Positions 48,841-63,807 of a DNA stretch of 64,000 nt are shown piece by piece. Location: contig NC_069008.1 in assembly GCF_001194135.2 (NCBI RefSeq), forward strand, positions 18,467,390 to 18,531,389, written 5' to 3'. The stretch comes from Octopus bimaculoides (taxonomy: Eukaryota). The position numbers and the translations under genes are program-made. The notes beneath the pieces were generated by a model. It searched no databases, had not been told where the DNA came from, and saw nothing but the letters and a program-made list of their open reading frames with translations. Position 1 is the first letter of the stretch. The number at the start of each line of letters is the position of its first letter.

Positions 48841-49029
48841 ACATTTTTGCAGTCTTCTGGAAGGTTTCTCTATTCAAACTGTTCAAATCCTACGGACATT
48901 GTATTTGTGTTTCATGCTTCCAGGGTCGATAAGGTAAAGATATCAGTCAACTACCAGAATCTCTGTAACTGCATGAGAAGACCCGGCAAGCCAAGTAAGA
49001 TCGTTGCCAGTGCCCCTGGNNNNNNNNNN

Positions 49030-49065
<36 letters not shown>

Positions 49066-49512
49066 TACACATCCATATATAAGTATATACATATCCACAC
49101 ATGCACACACACACACACATGTATATATACATATATATGATGTGTGTGTGTATAGACTTTCACAGACGCGCACACTTGGGCGCAATTGTCTGTATGAATG
49201 AAACCACACACATATGCGCATGTACCCATATACACATATACACATCCACAGATATGCTGATAACGTGTGATAACTGGTGTTTAAATTGGATGTAACATAT
49301 CTCTCTTCGAGATATATGTTGGTTTCATGTTTACAAAAACTTTCCTTCTCCACACTCTCCGCTTTCTGCCTTTCTTTTTCAACTCATCTTCCCCTTCACT
49401 GCATATAAATGTATGTATATATGTATATGTATGCTTTTCTATACATCTATATACGTGTGAGCGAGTGTGCCAGTGTGTAAATATATGTGTCTATATACAT
49501 ATATATATGTGC

Positions 49513-49566
<54 letters not shown>

Positions 49567-49653
49567 NNNNNNNNNNNNNNNNNNNNNNNNNNNNNNNNNN
49601 NNNNNNNNNNNNNNNNNNNNNNNNNNNNNNNNNNNNNNNNNNNNNNNNNNNNN

Positions 49654-49723
<70 letters not shown>

Positions 49724-50443
49724 CATATGTACATATATATGTATGTATATACACGCACATGTACACACACAGCTAACTTGAACAGCTTACTTAATCCATT
49801 TATCAACAGAGAAACATTAGAAGCCACTGTAAATGCAGCGGTAGCAGCAATAGGTGAGCCACGCCAAAAATACTGCCACACAGATGTTACAACATTGCTG
49901 CATACCTGCTGATGTTGGATCTTATGGTGGTGGCGGTGGTGGTACTGTGATTGTGTTGTTGTTGTGGTGGTGGTGGTGTGGTGTGAAGGAATTGGCAGAA
50001 GCAGAAAAGTGCAGGACAGACTGCTTTGCATGGTTTGTTTTGGTCGTTTATGTTCTGAGTTCAAATCTCACTGAGGTCAGTCCTTTACCCTGGCAAACGA
50101 AGTACTTTGCATCTTTTGTCTAAATCAAACCCTACCGACACCAATTTTACCTTTCATCCCTTCCAAGCGTCAGTAAAACAAAGCACCTGGTCAGAGCATT
50201 GTTAGAGATACCTTGTGGTGTTTGGTCCCTCCCTTTGTATTCTAGACTTAATCCCTCACCTGGTTATGGGGTCACTCTGTTGGAAGGATTGGAACCAAAT
50301 CTTTGCTTTGAGGATCACTTCTTCTCCACCCACTCTCCATCTTTGTGGGCCCTGAAAATATTAAGGGCCAAGGGAGTGGCTCTATCCCCTTCCCTTTGGC
50401 TAATTAGGAGGGTGGGAGTTAAGTGGAGATGAGATCTAGTCTG

Positions 50444-50485
<42 letters not shown>

Positions 50486-51399
50486 AGGTAGGTGCGTGTG
50501 TGTGTGCATAGTTAGACAGGTATGTCGGTAGATGTGTCTATGTGCATGTGTACATGTGTGTGTGTGTGTGTGTGAGATGAAGATATCTTTGACTGGAATA
50601 CACCAAAACATCTGACAGGCACTGAAAATAGCATCACAGCTGTATATAGGTTTTNNNNNNNNNNNNNNNNNNNNNNNNNNNNNNNNNNNNNNNNNNNNNN
50701 NNNNNNNNNNNNNNNNNNNNNNNNNNNNNNNNNNNNNNNNNNNNNNNNNNNNNNNNNNNNNNNNNNNNNNNNNNNNNNNNNNNNNNNNNNNNNNNNNNNN
50801 NNNNNNNNNNNNNNNNNNNNNNNNNNNNNNNNNNNNNNNNNNNNNNNNNNNNNNNNNNNNNNNNNNNNNNNNNNNNNNNNNNNNNNNNNNNNNNNNNNNN
50901 NNNNNNNNNNNNNNNNNNNNNNNNNNNNNNNNNNNNNNNNNNNNNNNNNNNNNNNNNNNNNNNNNNNNNNNNNNNNNNNNNNNNNNNNNNNNNNNNNNNN
51001 NNNNGGAAGAGACTGGACATGGGGGGGAGCAGATAAGTAGCAGAGAGGGGGGTATCTACTGGACATGGGGGGGGGAGCAGATAAGTAGCAGAGAGGGGGG
51101 TATCTGTGAGTCCAGCAGATGTGGTGCAGGATGTCTCTGTCCACAAAAGAGGCATGGTCTTATGAGATTCATGAAATCCCCTGCTCACTGCAGAGTTGGA
51201 GGTGCTGGCTAAGATGCTTTGCTGAGTTTACTTACAACCCTTCACATTTTGAGTTCAACTCCCACTGGGGCTGTTGTTTATTGACAAAACCAAAATATCA
51301 GTCTTATATAATGAGGTTGTTATGATTGACTTGATGCTTCCCCTTCCCTATATTAGAAATCAATATTCAATCTGAAGGTTCCTCTCTGTGTGCGTGCGC

Positions 51400-51925
51400 A
51401 CACACACACATACACACACAGATGTAGATGTCAACTCGAGATTTGCAGTTTCTTTTGGACAATTCCTGAGGCACCCATTTTCCAAGCTTAGGAACCTTTC
51501 CAAGTTGTTGAAGATGACGATGAACAGTTGTATGGTTTGAACTAAGCTTCATTGCCAATTCTTCAACTGATAATGCAGGATTTTCTTCATGTAATGCCTC
51601 AAGAAGCTTATCATCAAACTCAACTGGACGTCCTGTTCGATCTTCATCTTCAAGGCTGAAATCTCCACTTCTGAATTTTGCAAACCATCTTCTGCAAGTT
51701 CTTTCATTCAAGCATTATTTCCCATAAACTGAGTGTATGATTCGAGTCGCTTCGGCTGCAGAGTTTCCGTTTTTTGTACTCATAAAGCATTTTGTACCTT
51801 AAATGCATCTCTCTGCCTACTATTACTCTCACCCCATCACAAGGAATAGTAGATGTGTCACCGAATAGTGAGAGAGCGGGGTCAAAGTGTGACACACTGA
51901 CATACAGAAATTCGTTTTGGCATTT
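51400..51925 (-). mobile_element. Mariner (cecropia/Hsmar1-like) 5' half
   Basis: MHLRYKMLYEY..NSAAEATRII, ERTCRRWFAKFRSGDFSLEDEDRTGRP, LSVEELAMKLSSNHTTVHRHLQQLGKVPKLGKWVPQELS (HTH domains and WVPHEL motif). Confidence 0.9.
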
Positions 51926-52324
51926 ATTATAAATATATAGTCAAAGGGAGGTAACTGTGTTAAGCTGTGGTTGAGTTTCTCTCTTCCACCTCTGTCCTAC
52001 TATTTGAACAAAAGTAATTAACTCTACTAATTAACTAATCAAAAATTAGTTTATCAATAAAGCCATGTTTCATTGGAATATTCTTCCCAAGCATCAAATT
52101 ATTACACCTGTTTGTTGTTCCCTCACCTGCCTTTCTCTTTTGTTTTCTGTAAATTTCAAGTACGGACACACACACACACACATATTCTTTTTTTTATTGT
52201 TTTACTTGTTTCAGTCATTTTGACTGTAGCCATGCTGGAGCACCACCTTTTAGCTGAAGAAATCGACCCCTGGACTTATTCTTTGTAAGCCTGGTACTTA
52301 TTCTATTGGTTTCTGTTGCTGAAC

Positions 52325-52409
<85 letters not shown>

Positions 52410-52513
52410 ACAGGCTTCTTTCAGTTTCCGTCTGCCAAATCCACTCACAAAACCTTGGTCAGACTGAGGTTATAGGAACGTTTAGATTACCAGTGAAATA
52501 AACCCCCATATTT

Positions 52514-52556
<43 letters not shown>

Positions 52557-53147
52557 TCATCATCATTTAACGTCCGATTTCCATGCTGGTGTGGGTTGGA
52601 TGGTTTGACAGAAGCTGGGCAGCTCTTAAGTGTCCTGAAGACACTTTATTTCACGTTGCTCCAGTCCTATAATTCAAAGGGTCAGCCATGTCACATTCTT
52701 TGTCACGCTGAACTTCCTTGAGAAGTACGTTAATGTCTATGGAGTACACAGCCACTAGCATGTTGATTTCACGATCAGGCTGCTCCGTTAATCGGATCGA
52801 CAGGAACCCTCGTCCTCGTCACCGTCCGACTTCCAATCCTGACCCTGCATAAATAAATTCACCACAAATACAACGAGTTACCTCCCTTCACCCATTCACA
52901 CATCTTCAACAATTGGATCGACTGATTTCACTCTGTGAAGCACCGTTCGTGGGTTCAAGTCCTATATTGGCGGGTATTTATACAATGTTGCAGACTATGC
53001 CTTGTATTGATTAGGTTGTTTTTTTTTTTAATGTGTTCTGGGTTCAAATCTTGCTGGAGTTAATTCGAGTAGCAATTCAGAATTAGAGACACTCCTTTGT
53101 TTCATTCATTCTCTATCTCTCTCATATTTTCTCTCTCTCCCCCAAGT

Positions 53148-53193
<46 letters not shown>

Positions 53194-55589
53194 GAAAGGA
53201 AAGACATATTGGACAATGTCATTATGGAGATACAAAAAAAACATTGGATGGACATACTTGAATTGTCTTCATTTTGAGTATTGCTGGAGTACGGTTGACC
53301 TTAGACTAAACAACAATGCAGTGTTGTGTCGATCCATATATGACCCACACAGCTGCTGGAATCACATGTGGGCCACACCTATTGTGCCAGTGGGATAACT
53401 TCTATGTGGTTGATCAACAAGCTAGAGCTAGAAGCTAAATCTCCTTCAGGATTACACTCTGCTGTCTTAAATAAAGACTTAATGTTGGTATTTATAACAT
53501 TTTCAGCTGGGTGGTTATGGTTGGGTTGCCTTCAATAATAAGTGATATTCAGGAAAACTTGTTGGAATGTTGCAACATTTAGTTCTGGTTATGTTCTATG
53601 TTCAAATCTCAGTCAGGTCAGCTTTCTCTTTCATTTCTCAGGGGTTTCATGGAATAAAGTACCCTCTATACATGAAACTTCATTCTATCAAACTACACAC
53701 GCACACATCATCATCATTCTTTAACGTTCACACACACATGCACATACATATATAGGTGTGTGTGTGTATATATATATATATAGACGTAGAAGACGCATGA
53801 AGCCAAGTGGAATTGTAGTTGTGGCAGATACTGGTGTCACACAAGTGGCACCCATGCCGGTGGCACACAAAAGCACCCGTTACACCCTTGGAGTGGTTAG
53901 CACTAGGAAGGGCATCCAGCCATAGAAAACCATGCCAAATCAGACTGGAGTCTGGTGCAGTCCCTCACCTTGTCAGCCCTGTTCAAACTGTCCAACCCAT
54001 GCCAGCATGGACAACGGACGTTAAATGATGATGATGATGCTATATAGGTGTCAAAGGAGTTTACTTTAGAATCCTATGTCTTTTACTCTAGCGTTGTGCT
54101 GACCAAAGCTTTGTGAGTAGATACGATAGATGGAAACTGAAAGAGGTACACACACACACACCAAGTATAGGGGTGATTCCCTACTTTGTATCCCAAGTGG
54201 GGAAAATTTGATGTCAAATTTTCATTTGTTTCTTTATCTCTTGATCAATAAGGAAGGAGGTGCAGTATGTAGGACCTACGAGACAGGTGGTGGTGGGGGT
54301 GGTAGAGAAGGGTACCCTTAGGCCAGCAATATGACACAGGGTCCACTTATGGTCCCCAAGGACCCGATGACAGATTAAGTCTCTCCACCAAGTTGGTCAT
54401 GGTGGGATTTGAACTCACCAGACAACCTGTTCTGCTGCTTGTTCTTCCTTTATTCACCCCTGCAACAATGAAAGGACTCAAGGTGTTGGAAGAAACAAGA
54501 CATTTTGTCCAATGCAGTGGTTCTCACCCATTTTTTACTTATCGACCCCTTTTGATCCCTATTTTACTTGAATGGACCTTCATAGTCATTCGCTGTTTAA
54601 AAAATCCTATTTTTATAATTAAATATTAAGAAATTACTGAAATATTTTGAGTATTTTAAAAGTATAAGCAATTTTAGCAAAATCTTATGTGCCCCCTCAA
54701 GGGCCATGTGCCCCTCCTCCCACCAAGGACTATGTGGACCCTAATTGAGAACCACGTGGTGAATAAGGTGACCACCTCCCTGCTGGAATTTGCAGAGTAA
54801 CTTCCCCTGTTTCGGGGGTGGGCGGGGAGAGAGAATGGTTTCAGCTGGCGCTGGTTGGCCAATCAGGTCACACGTCAACACCACCCTTGCCGGCTCATCT
54901 CCTTCTCCCCCACCCCCCGTCTCTTTCTTCTCTCTCTTACTCCCTCTCTCTCTCTGCTGTTGACATCAGCTGATACGTTCTCTACCCCCTCCACCCTTTG
55001 TACTGTTTTTGTTGTTGTTTAACCACAGGTCAGTCCTGATCAAGACAGACGTATGATCAAAGATGTTCCAGCCATGACCATCTCGTCTTTTTATGCACTC
55101 AGAGTAATGTGTGTTGTAGTAGTAGCAGCAGTGACAGTTGTGTGTTAGTAGCAGTAGTTCTGTTGAAGGCCATGGCAGTGGTGGTGGCAGGGGAATGTCT
55201 ATTATCTTGTGACCTCCACCCATGCCCTGCTCCCCTCCCCAAGGGTGGGGGTAGAGCGTGGGGTTTGCAATTATCTAGCAGCACAACTCGGGTTCCTTAT
55301 CTCAGAACACTTTCATAATGTTTTGACAGGTTTTTCAAGGTCAGGGCCAACTTAACAGTCCTGTGCCTCCCCTCAGCTGTGAAAGATGACAGAAGCTGGC
55401 CCAAACCATAAATCACCCATAAATTCCACTGCTTTTTTTAAAGGATCATTGTATATCTTGGAATCCATTATTCAATGTGGTGCTCCTCTGGTTTCAACGA
55501 AATTTTACTGTTGCTTCAACTTCCTACCTCTCTTCCCCCTCTAGTCTGTCTGTCTGTGTGTCTCTCCTCTCTGTCTGTCTGTTTGTCTG

Positions 55590-55621
<32 letters not shown>

Positions 55622-55859
55622 CACTGCAACATGAATTTGCATATATGTTTATCTCAGTTTTTACTTAGGCATGTATGTGTGTGTGTGTGCATGTGAATAT
55701 ATATATGTGTCTATATATATATATATATGTATAGACACACACACACATATATAAGTACATGCACCTGTATGTGTGTGAATATATAATCATGAGTATATAT
55801 ATATATATATGTGTATATATATATATGTACACACATGTATATAAGTACATGCGCATTTA

Positions 55860-56850
55860 TATCATCATCATCATCATCGTTTAACATCCACTTTCCATGC
55901 TAGCATGGGTTGGACGATTTGACTGGATACTGGTGAACCAGATGGCTGCACCAGGCTCCAATCTGATTTGGCAGAGTTTCTACAGCTGGATGCCCTTCCT
56001 AATGCCAACCACTCCGAGAGTGTAGTGGGTGCTTTTACATGCCACCAGCACTAGGGCCAGTCAGGCGGTACTGGCAGCGGCCACACTCAAAATGGTGTTT
56101 TTTACATGCCACCTGCACAGGTGTCAGTCGAGCTGCACTGGCAACGACCTCGCTTGAATGTTTTCTCACATGCCACCAGCACAAGTGCCAGTAAGGCGAC
56201 GCTGGTAATGATCATGCTCAAATGGTGCTATTTACATGCCACCGGCAAGGAAGCCAGACAGCTGCTCTGGCAATGAACATGCTCGGACGGTGCTGTTAGC
56301 ACTCCACTGGCACAGGTGCCAGTCATTGAATTTGGTTCAATTACGATTTCGATTTCACTTGCCCCAACAGATCTTCGCAAGCAGAGTTTAGTGTCCAATG
56401 AAGGAAAGGTATGCATAAGTGGGATCATTACACCCTTGGCAAAGGCCACGGATTTTCACACAGCTATCCTCATCCATTCTCGCTACATGACTATACCAGC
56501 GCAATCGTCTCTCTTGCACACCACAACTGATGCTTCTTAGGTTCAACTTTTCTCTCAAGGTACTTACACTCTGTCGAGTACGCACACTGACATTACACAT
56601 CCATCGGAGCATACTGGTTTCATTCCTTGCGAGCTTACGCATGTCCTCAGCAGTCATGGCCCATGTTTCACTGCCATGTAGCACATGCGTCATATAGTCT
56701 GCCTTTTACTCTGAGCGAGAGGCCCACTGTCACCAGCAGAGGTAAGAGCTCGCTGAACTTTGCCCAGGCTATTCTTATTCCAGCAGCTACACTTTCAGCG
56801 CACCGTCCCCGGTTACTGACTTGGTCACCTAGGTAATGGAAGCTGAGCAT
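55860..56850 (-). mobile_element. RTE LINE 3' part: C-terminal ORF, 3'UTR and (GAT)n tail
   Basis: FHYLGDQVS..CAESVAAGIRIAWAKFSELLPLL, GLSLRVKGRLYDAC, HGSETWAMTAEDMRKLARNE..MLRWMC..RRLRWYSHVARM. Tail shared with the SINE-like copies. Confidence 0.92.
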
Positions 56851-57644
56851 CATGTACATTGTCTTGTCTTGGTATAAAAGATGGGCTACAGCAAACACTC
56901 TGCTCATAATAATAATGGTTTCAAATTTAGGCACAAAGCCAGCAGCTTTGGGGTGGGGCTAAGTCAATTAAATTGACCCCAGTGTTCAACTGGTACTTAT
57001 TTTATTGACCATGAGAGGATGAAAGGCAAAGTTGACCTCGGAAGAAGATGGACGAAATATTGTTAAGTATTTTGCCCTGTGGACTAACAATTCTGCTGGC
57101 TCACTGCCTTAATAACAATGATGATGATGATGATGATGATAATAACAATGATAATAACAATGATAATAATAACAACAACAACAATGATAATAATAACAAA
57201 ATTATGTAATATATAACGAGGCGTTGGTGGTGGGAAGAGGGTGTGAGGTGAAGGTACTTGAAATTTAATTTGCCACCAAGTGGTTATATTGTTGTAACAG
57301 TAAACCAGGACAACCCAACCCACATCTTCCTCTCTCTCTTTCCCATCCTGGGCCACTATTTATATGCTTAAAGCTTATCAGTATTTCCTTGTTGTTGTTG
57401 TTTTTGTCGGTCTTTAAATCTGGGGACGTTGGTATCTGACCAGCCATCACAAATACTCGTTAAACCAGACATTTTAATGAGTAATAAGCAAAGTTGTATA
57501 GATTTCATGTGTGTGTGTGTGTGTGTGTACACATACATATATAGACACACACACACATGCAAACACACACATACACATACATATAATAATTTATATGTGT
57601 ATGTATATAAATATATTTATATATTTATAAATTATAATAATATA

Positions 57645-57697
<53 letters not shown>

Positions 57698-60319
57698 GGC
57701 TCCCCATAATGATTGGTTTTGAGATAACTAAAAATATCTTGTTCTATGTAAGTTTGTTGCTTTCTTTATGGGGGTGGGGGTAATCATACATACATTTGAG
57801 TATTCATGTATATGGAAGTGTGCATATATTTATATATATACACACACATTTTTGCTGAGCATCAAACTAATACACCCTGTTTGCTGTGCTTTCACCTATC
57901 TTTGTGTCTCCTTTTTTTCAATATTTTTGTATATTCTTGACCTATACACACACACACACACACACACATTGGCATCCACTTCCTCTGAAATTATTGATTT
58001 GCTCTCTCAAATCGTCATCACCAACCACTTCTGTCATCATCATCATCATCATCATTATTATTATTATGTTGGTTAATTATTTTCATTGTGTGTTTTCACT
58101 GCTATGTCTATCTTGGTTATATGTAACATTAGCCTCTGTTGCTATTCTACATAATGCATCAGTCTAACACCATTGTATATATTCGTCTTTATTTTACTGT
58201 GGCAATTAATTCTTGCATGCAAGCTCTACATTCTGGTTATCTCTATTTCCAGATCTTTTATTTCTGTAACTTCTCCTCATTTTTGATCTAAGATCTGTCA
58301 CACACAAAGTGCTTATTGCTCCCCCTGTGCCCCTCTCACACACAAAAACCTGCTTTTTTTTTATTAACCTGCCAGTGATTCCACTCTATATCTTGCTTGA
58401 CTATTGCTTACATTAAATGCAATGTAAGGACTTTATCCCTACTCGGACACCTTTTCTACACATCAAACAGGGCCACTTCCTGAAGATACAAGAATTCTGT
58501 CTTCTTTCCTACTTACTAAAACCTTTATTTTTGCTAAGTTTACCTTGAGATCTTGTGATTCTAGGTTTAGGTTCTGCATTTGGGATTTTTTCTAATTCAG
58601 CTATAGATGTGGCTATCAAAACTTGATGATTATCAAGGCCATGTATGGGCCTTTTTGCCCCACTGCCCTTAATATGACAATTGTAGTCCAATGTACTTGT
58701 AGTCCCATGGATTGTATGGGTTTCCAAGGCTAGAGACCAGGCCAGACTCTTTACAACAGAATGAACTCCACTAAAGGTCCCTGCGGACCAGGTGCTGGGG
58801 TTAAACTAGGTTTAACATCCAAGTTGGTCATGGTAGAATCTGACATCAGAACATAAAGGACCGGAACAAATACCACAAGTCATCCAGTCCTTGGGCCTGT
58901 AATTTATTTATCAACCCTGAACTCAGAGTTTAAGGGACCAGCATAAATACTATAAGGTATGTTGTCTTTTCGGTTTCCTTGTGCTGCACTTTACTAAAAA
59001 CAGTCATTTTGTTGCACATGTGTGCATTATTGCATCAAAGCATAACTGGCTGCAACAGCAACAACGATTATAGTTTCTATCAAGAAATAGAATTTTAAAC
59101 TTCAAGAAATCATTTACTGCTACTGCTGCTGCTACTACTACAATGACCAATACACCAACACCATGAGTGCTACCACTAAAACTCTTCACCAGTTGAAGTG
59201 GCCACCTGGTGGTTAAGTATGGAGTTAGACACTACAGAAAGATTGTTTCTGAACTTTGACATCCCTGTTTGACTGTAAGTGTGTGTGTGCGTGTGTGTTT
59301 ATATGTATATGTATGTTTGACACACACACACACACACACATATANNNNNNNNNNNNNNNNNNNNNNNNNNNNNNNNNNNNNNNNNNNNNNNNNNNNNNNN
59401 NNNNNNNNNNNNNNNNNNNNNNNNNNNNNNNNNNNNNNNNNNNNNNNNNNNNNNNNNNNNNNNNNNNNNNNNNNNNNNNNNNNNNNNNNNNNNNNNNNNN
59501 NNNNNNNNNNNNNNNNNNNNNNNNNNNNNNNNNNNNNNNNNNNNNNNNNNNNNNNNNNNNNNNNNNNNNNNNNNNNNNNNNNNNNNNNNNNNNNNNNNNN
59601 NNNNNNNNNNNNNNNNNNNNNNNNNNNNNNNNNNNNNNNNNNNNNNNNNNNNNNNNNNNNNNNNNNNNNNNNNNNNNNNNNNNNNNGTGTGTGTGTGTGT
59701 GTGCATGTCAATGTATTATGTGAAAATCCTGTTTCCCCTAAAGCAAGACTCCCAAAATTTTATCTTTGACTCCCCGAGGAAATGTCTGTTTAATGTTCAC
59801 CACCCCTCCTCCGCTACAAAAATAATGTTGCATTCGAAGATAGAAAGTTTAATTTCATAATAATTAATTCATTTCATTTTTAATTGCAACACTTATGGCG
59901 GTACAGGTGAGGTTGGGGGGGGGGGATTGGATTCCAGAATTAAACTTTAGACTCAATCAATAAAAGAGAAAAGGAAATTGAATTGCATCATCATTTTCAC
60001 ATTTCCTTTTCCATGGGGCAGACAAAGTTAACTGAGGCAGAGTTTCTATGGCCAGGTGCCTTTCCTGTTGCCAACCTTCACCTATTACAGATCATTGTAA
60101 CATTTCCCCCAGGGACAGACAAGTTCCACAGAAAACTGGAAATGAACAAAGCTGCTTGTATAAAGGTGATGTTCTTATCCAACTGTCACATGATATCAAC
60201 ACACACACACACGCACACACATGAAACTGCTCCAAATTGTTAGAATATTTGTATAAGTGGAGTGAAAACCAGCTGGTTTCCACTTGGTACTGTGCGTCAC
60301 TTCTCAGCATAATATGAGA

Positions 60320-60356
<37 letters not shown>

Positions 60357-61831
60357 CATCATCATCATGTGAGCCTACTGGACCACATCATCACTTAGGA
60401 CCTCCCCTTTTATGGCCCAGTCTCTACATTGACCTGACCTCCTCTTCAGTACAGATCATCCTCTTTCACGAAGCTTGTCCAGGATTCTACTTCTGCTCTT
60501 ACATCCAGATCTCAGAATATCCCAATGAAGGCTGACATCAATCACCAACACACTCCATTCCCCCCCCCCCCTCCGTCACAGACTTTCTGTCTTCTCATTG
60601 ATTCCTTCCCACCACTGTCACCACTCATTCCTTCTCCTCTCACCACCATATTGTGTTCACCCACTCCTTCACTAGCCTCTATGCCCAGTCCTTCGTCCCC
60701 ACACTCTCAGTTCTCTAGAATGTCCTCCCTGCTGCCATCAATTTACAACTGGATCTGGGAAGGCTCTTTTCTCCTTCTTGCAGACTGAACCCCTAAGAAA
60801 ATGTGTCTTCCATCTTTGCAAGGCAGTAATGCTTGTCCTTCAGAGCAATGAGGGTCATCCAGTGATCCCTAAGGATGACTGATGACTTGTGTGGTGACTA
60901 TATTTAAAGCGAAGAGATCAACCTTGTCTGACAATGTTCAATCCAGTGGCCAAACCAGGTCAAGACGACTGGGGATGGAGGTGGCTGCAGTGGATGACCA
61001 AGATGTCTCCTGTCTTTTTTACTTGCCTCATTTTCTTCTCTGCCCTCCACAAGTGTGTTGCTGTTGCTGCATTCTCCTCTCCTGAACCACAACGGTTTCT
61101 TCTGCAGAGTCTGCTGAGCCCAGTCTTCACATGCATAGACAGAAGCACTGGCACTTTTCATCCTGTTTAGGCTATTGCTGTTAGCAATATGTGTTCTTTG
61201 TGGGGTCCAGGGGTGGCAAATAGAAGGGCTGCCCCAAGTGGCAATCCCTCTAGCTATGCCAGTGGATAGGTGAGCCCCAATATGCTAATTTATCTACTGC
61301 TGGGACCCTGGCAGATGTTACAACTCTGGGTCAGAGTAGACTAAGGAACAAACAGTGGCTCAGAGGTGGTTCCATACCTTCAAAACCCCAGAACTCCTGA
61401 ACCAGGGTTTCAAGCCTGGATCAGGACATGAGGCAGTTCAATGTAATTGTGGGAGAATTGCCTGCATAAGGTTGCCCGGTTGCTGCCTTTGTTGTTTAGC
61501 CCCGGGTCAGTCCTGATCCAAGATACTCATGATTCAAGACTTTCCAACCATGACCATCTCATCTTGCATACTGTATCTCTGACTACATTATGTTATGTTT
61601 CTATTTTCGGAAGACAGTATCGAATGATCCAGTGAGAGGGAAATTTTAATATTAGACTGGCTTCTTTGAGTTTCTGTCCACCAAATAGATTCATAAGACT
61701 TTGATTGGCCTGGGGTTATAGTAGAAGACGCTTGTCCAAGGTACCATGCAGTAGGACTGAACCTGGAACTATGTTGTTCGGAAGCAGACTTCTTAGCACA
61801 CAGCCATGTCACACACACACACACACATATA

Positions 61832-61873
<42 letters not shown>

Positions 61874-62414
61874 TGCATATACACACACACATACATAGAG
61901 GCTGTAGTGTGTATGTATGTATTTGTCTGTCTGTCTGTTTATCTATGCGTACACACGTGCATTTGTGTGTGTGTATAGAAGTTGATTAAGTGATAAATAA
62001 CATTTACCGATGAAAGTACTCAATAATGATAGAAGAGTGAAATTTATCTTGCAGAGGTGATGACTGTTTTGCCCTTCCAGGCTACACTGCCTCCACCACG
62101 CACGTCTATGTGTATGCATGTGAGTGTGTGTATGTGTACTTATAATGTATGTATTTATATTGTAATTTTGTTATAGGAATAAATTGTGGTGTATATATTT
62201 GTATTTCTTTATCAGCTGATTCATAGGGTGGGTATATAGAAAGTTGTTTACATATCTATGTCAGTGAGTGTATGTGTGTAATATATATGCACGTTATATG
62301 TATATATATATATATATGTATGTATATAACGGCAAGTGTGATAGTCTGTACAAGTGTTGGGGACATGTGTATGTGTGTGTATACACACACACCTCATTCC
62401 ATTTTTGGGGGATT

Positions 62415-62450
<36 letters not shown>

Positions 62451-62572
62451 CACGTTGCTGATTACACTGTTGTATGCAGATTTGGAAAGATGACCTGTCT
62501 CTGAGTGTATATCTTGGCAATATATATACATAGATATACATAAACATATTTGGGTTTGAATGTGTGTGTATG

Positions 62573-62624
<52 letters not shown>

Positions 62625-63551
62625 GTACATGGCATGCAAATAGCAAGCACTGCTTAGGGTGGGGCGAGGAGAGGTTGTCGGCTTTAACAGAAAAGTAGGT
62701 GATGGTGCGNNNNNNNNNNNNNNNNNNNNNNNNNNNNNNNNNNNNNNNNNNGTGATGGTGCGCGTGTGTGTGTGTGTGTGTGTGTGTGTTTATGTGAAAA
62801 TGTGTGTGCGTATGTCTGTGCATCTTTGTGTGTCTGAATAACAGCGTAGTAAAACCGGAGCCGTCCGGCCCACCAGAATTTGTATTGGGTCACCAAACTA
62901 TCGGTAGTCGCAGTCGTAATGGTAGTAGTAGTAGTAGTAGCAGTGGTGGCGATAGGGCCGCAACAGTAGTGGCGACGGGGGCGATGAGGTTGTTGCTGCT
63001 GCTGCTACTGCTACTTACAACATTCTACTTGCTGCAGCAGCAGTGGCGGCGGCGGCAGCGGCAGCGGCGGCGGCGGCGGCGGTAAAGATGTGAGCTGGGT
63101 CCCCCACCCCCACCCCACGACCGAAAACAAAGTTTGTTTAAAGAAACAGTGAGGGGTAGTGAGAGTAAGGGGTAGAAAAGGAGTGGAAGGAGGAGGAGGA
63201 GAAGAAGAGGAAGTGGTAGGAATCTAGTGAGGGGTGTGGTGGGGGACGTAGAGTGATAACTCCATGTGTGGAGAGTGAAAGGAAGAGGATTTAAAGTACC
63301 GGGGGTGTAGCTTTCACTGTGTGTGTATATATACATATATATATTGTGTATATATATATATATTTATACACATCCACACACACATATACCCCGGGTGGGC
63401 ACTGAAACCTGACCGTAAACAACAGGCCTTAAAGTAGGTTTTCCTACTTGCTCTAGAAACCCTTTTTCTCTGCCCCCTTCCCATCCCTAATTTCCTCCTC
63501 TTCCTCTCTCTTTCCCCCTCCCCGCCATTTCTGCCCAGTTTCTCAGCCGTT

Positions 63552-63807
63552 ATGGAGTTTATACTGGAACTATTTGACCAAAAATCGAGGAAAAAGACCC
63601 AACAACGTGCCTCTGGGAACGGGGCCAGCTGTAGCGGCACAGCCAGTGGGGGCAGACCCCGAGCCGCCAGTGATGAACCGGTCGTCACCCAAAACCAACG
63701 GCGACTGTTGTGGGCCTTTCGCAAACGTGACCCTGTCGAAGCGAACCGGGTGAGAGAAGCCGAGGAGAGACGTCGGCGCGAACTCCGCAACCTTTATCTG
63801 TTCGACG
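63552..63807 (+). CDS. Candidate start-codon exon (85 aa, phase 1); gene continues beyond the window; possibly an alternative PKA catalytic subunit N-terminus
   Basis: CpG-rich ORF MEFILELFDQKSRKKTQQRASGNG...RRRELRNLYLFD ending at G|GTGAGT. Preceded by a long pyrimidine tract, a CCCTAAT branch-like motif (63485) and tandem acceptors at 63538 and 63546. Confidence 0.6.

Noticed and set aside
58516-58728. Minus-strand open frame (LETHTIHG...SKNKGF) with an AG before it and A|GTAAGT after it; it can be chained in frame with 45951-45920 and other pieces
   Set aside because: No recognisable homology and a weak acceptor. In-frame chaining of hand-picked exons is easy by chance.
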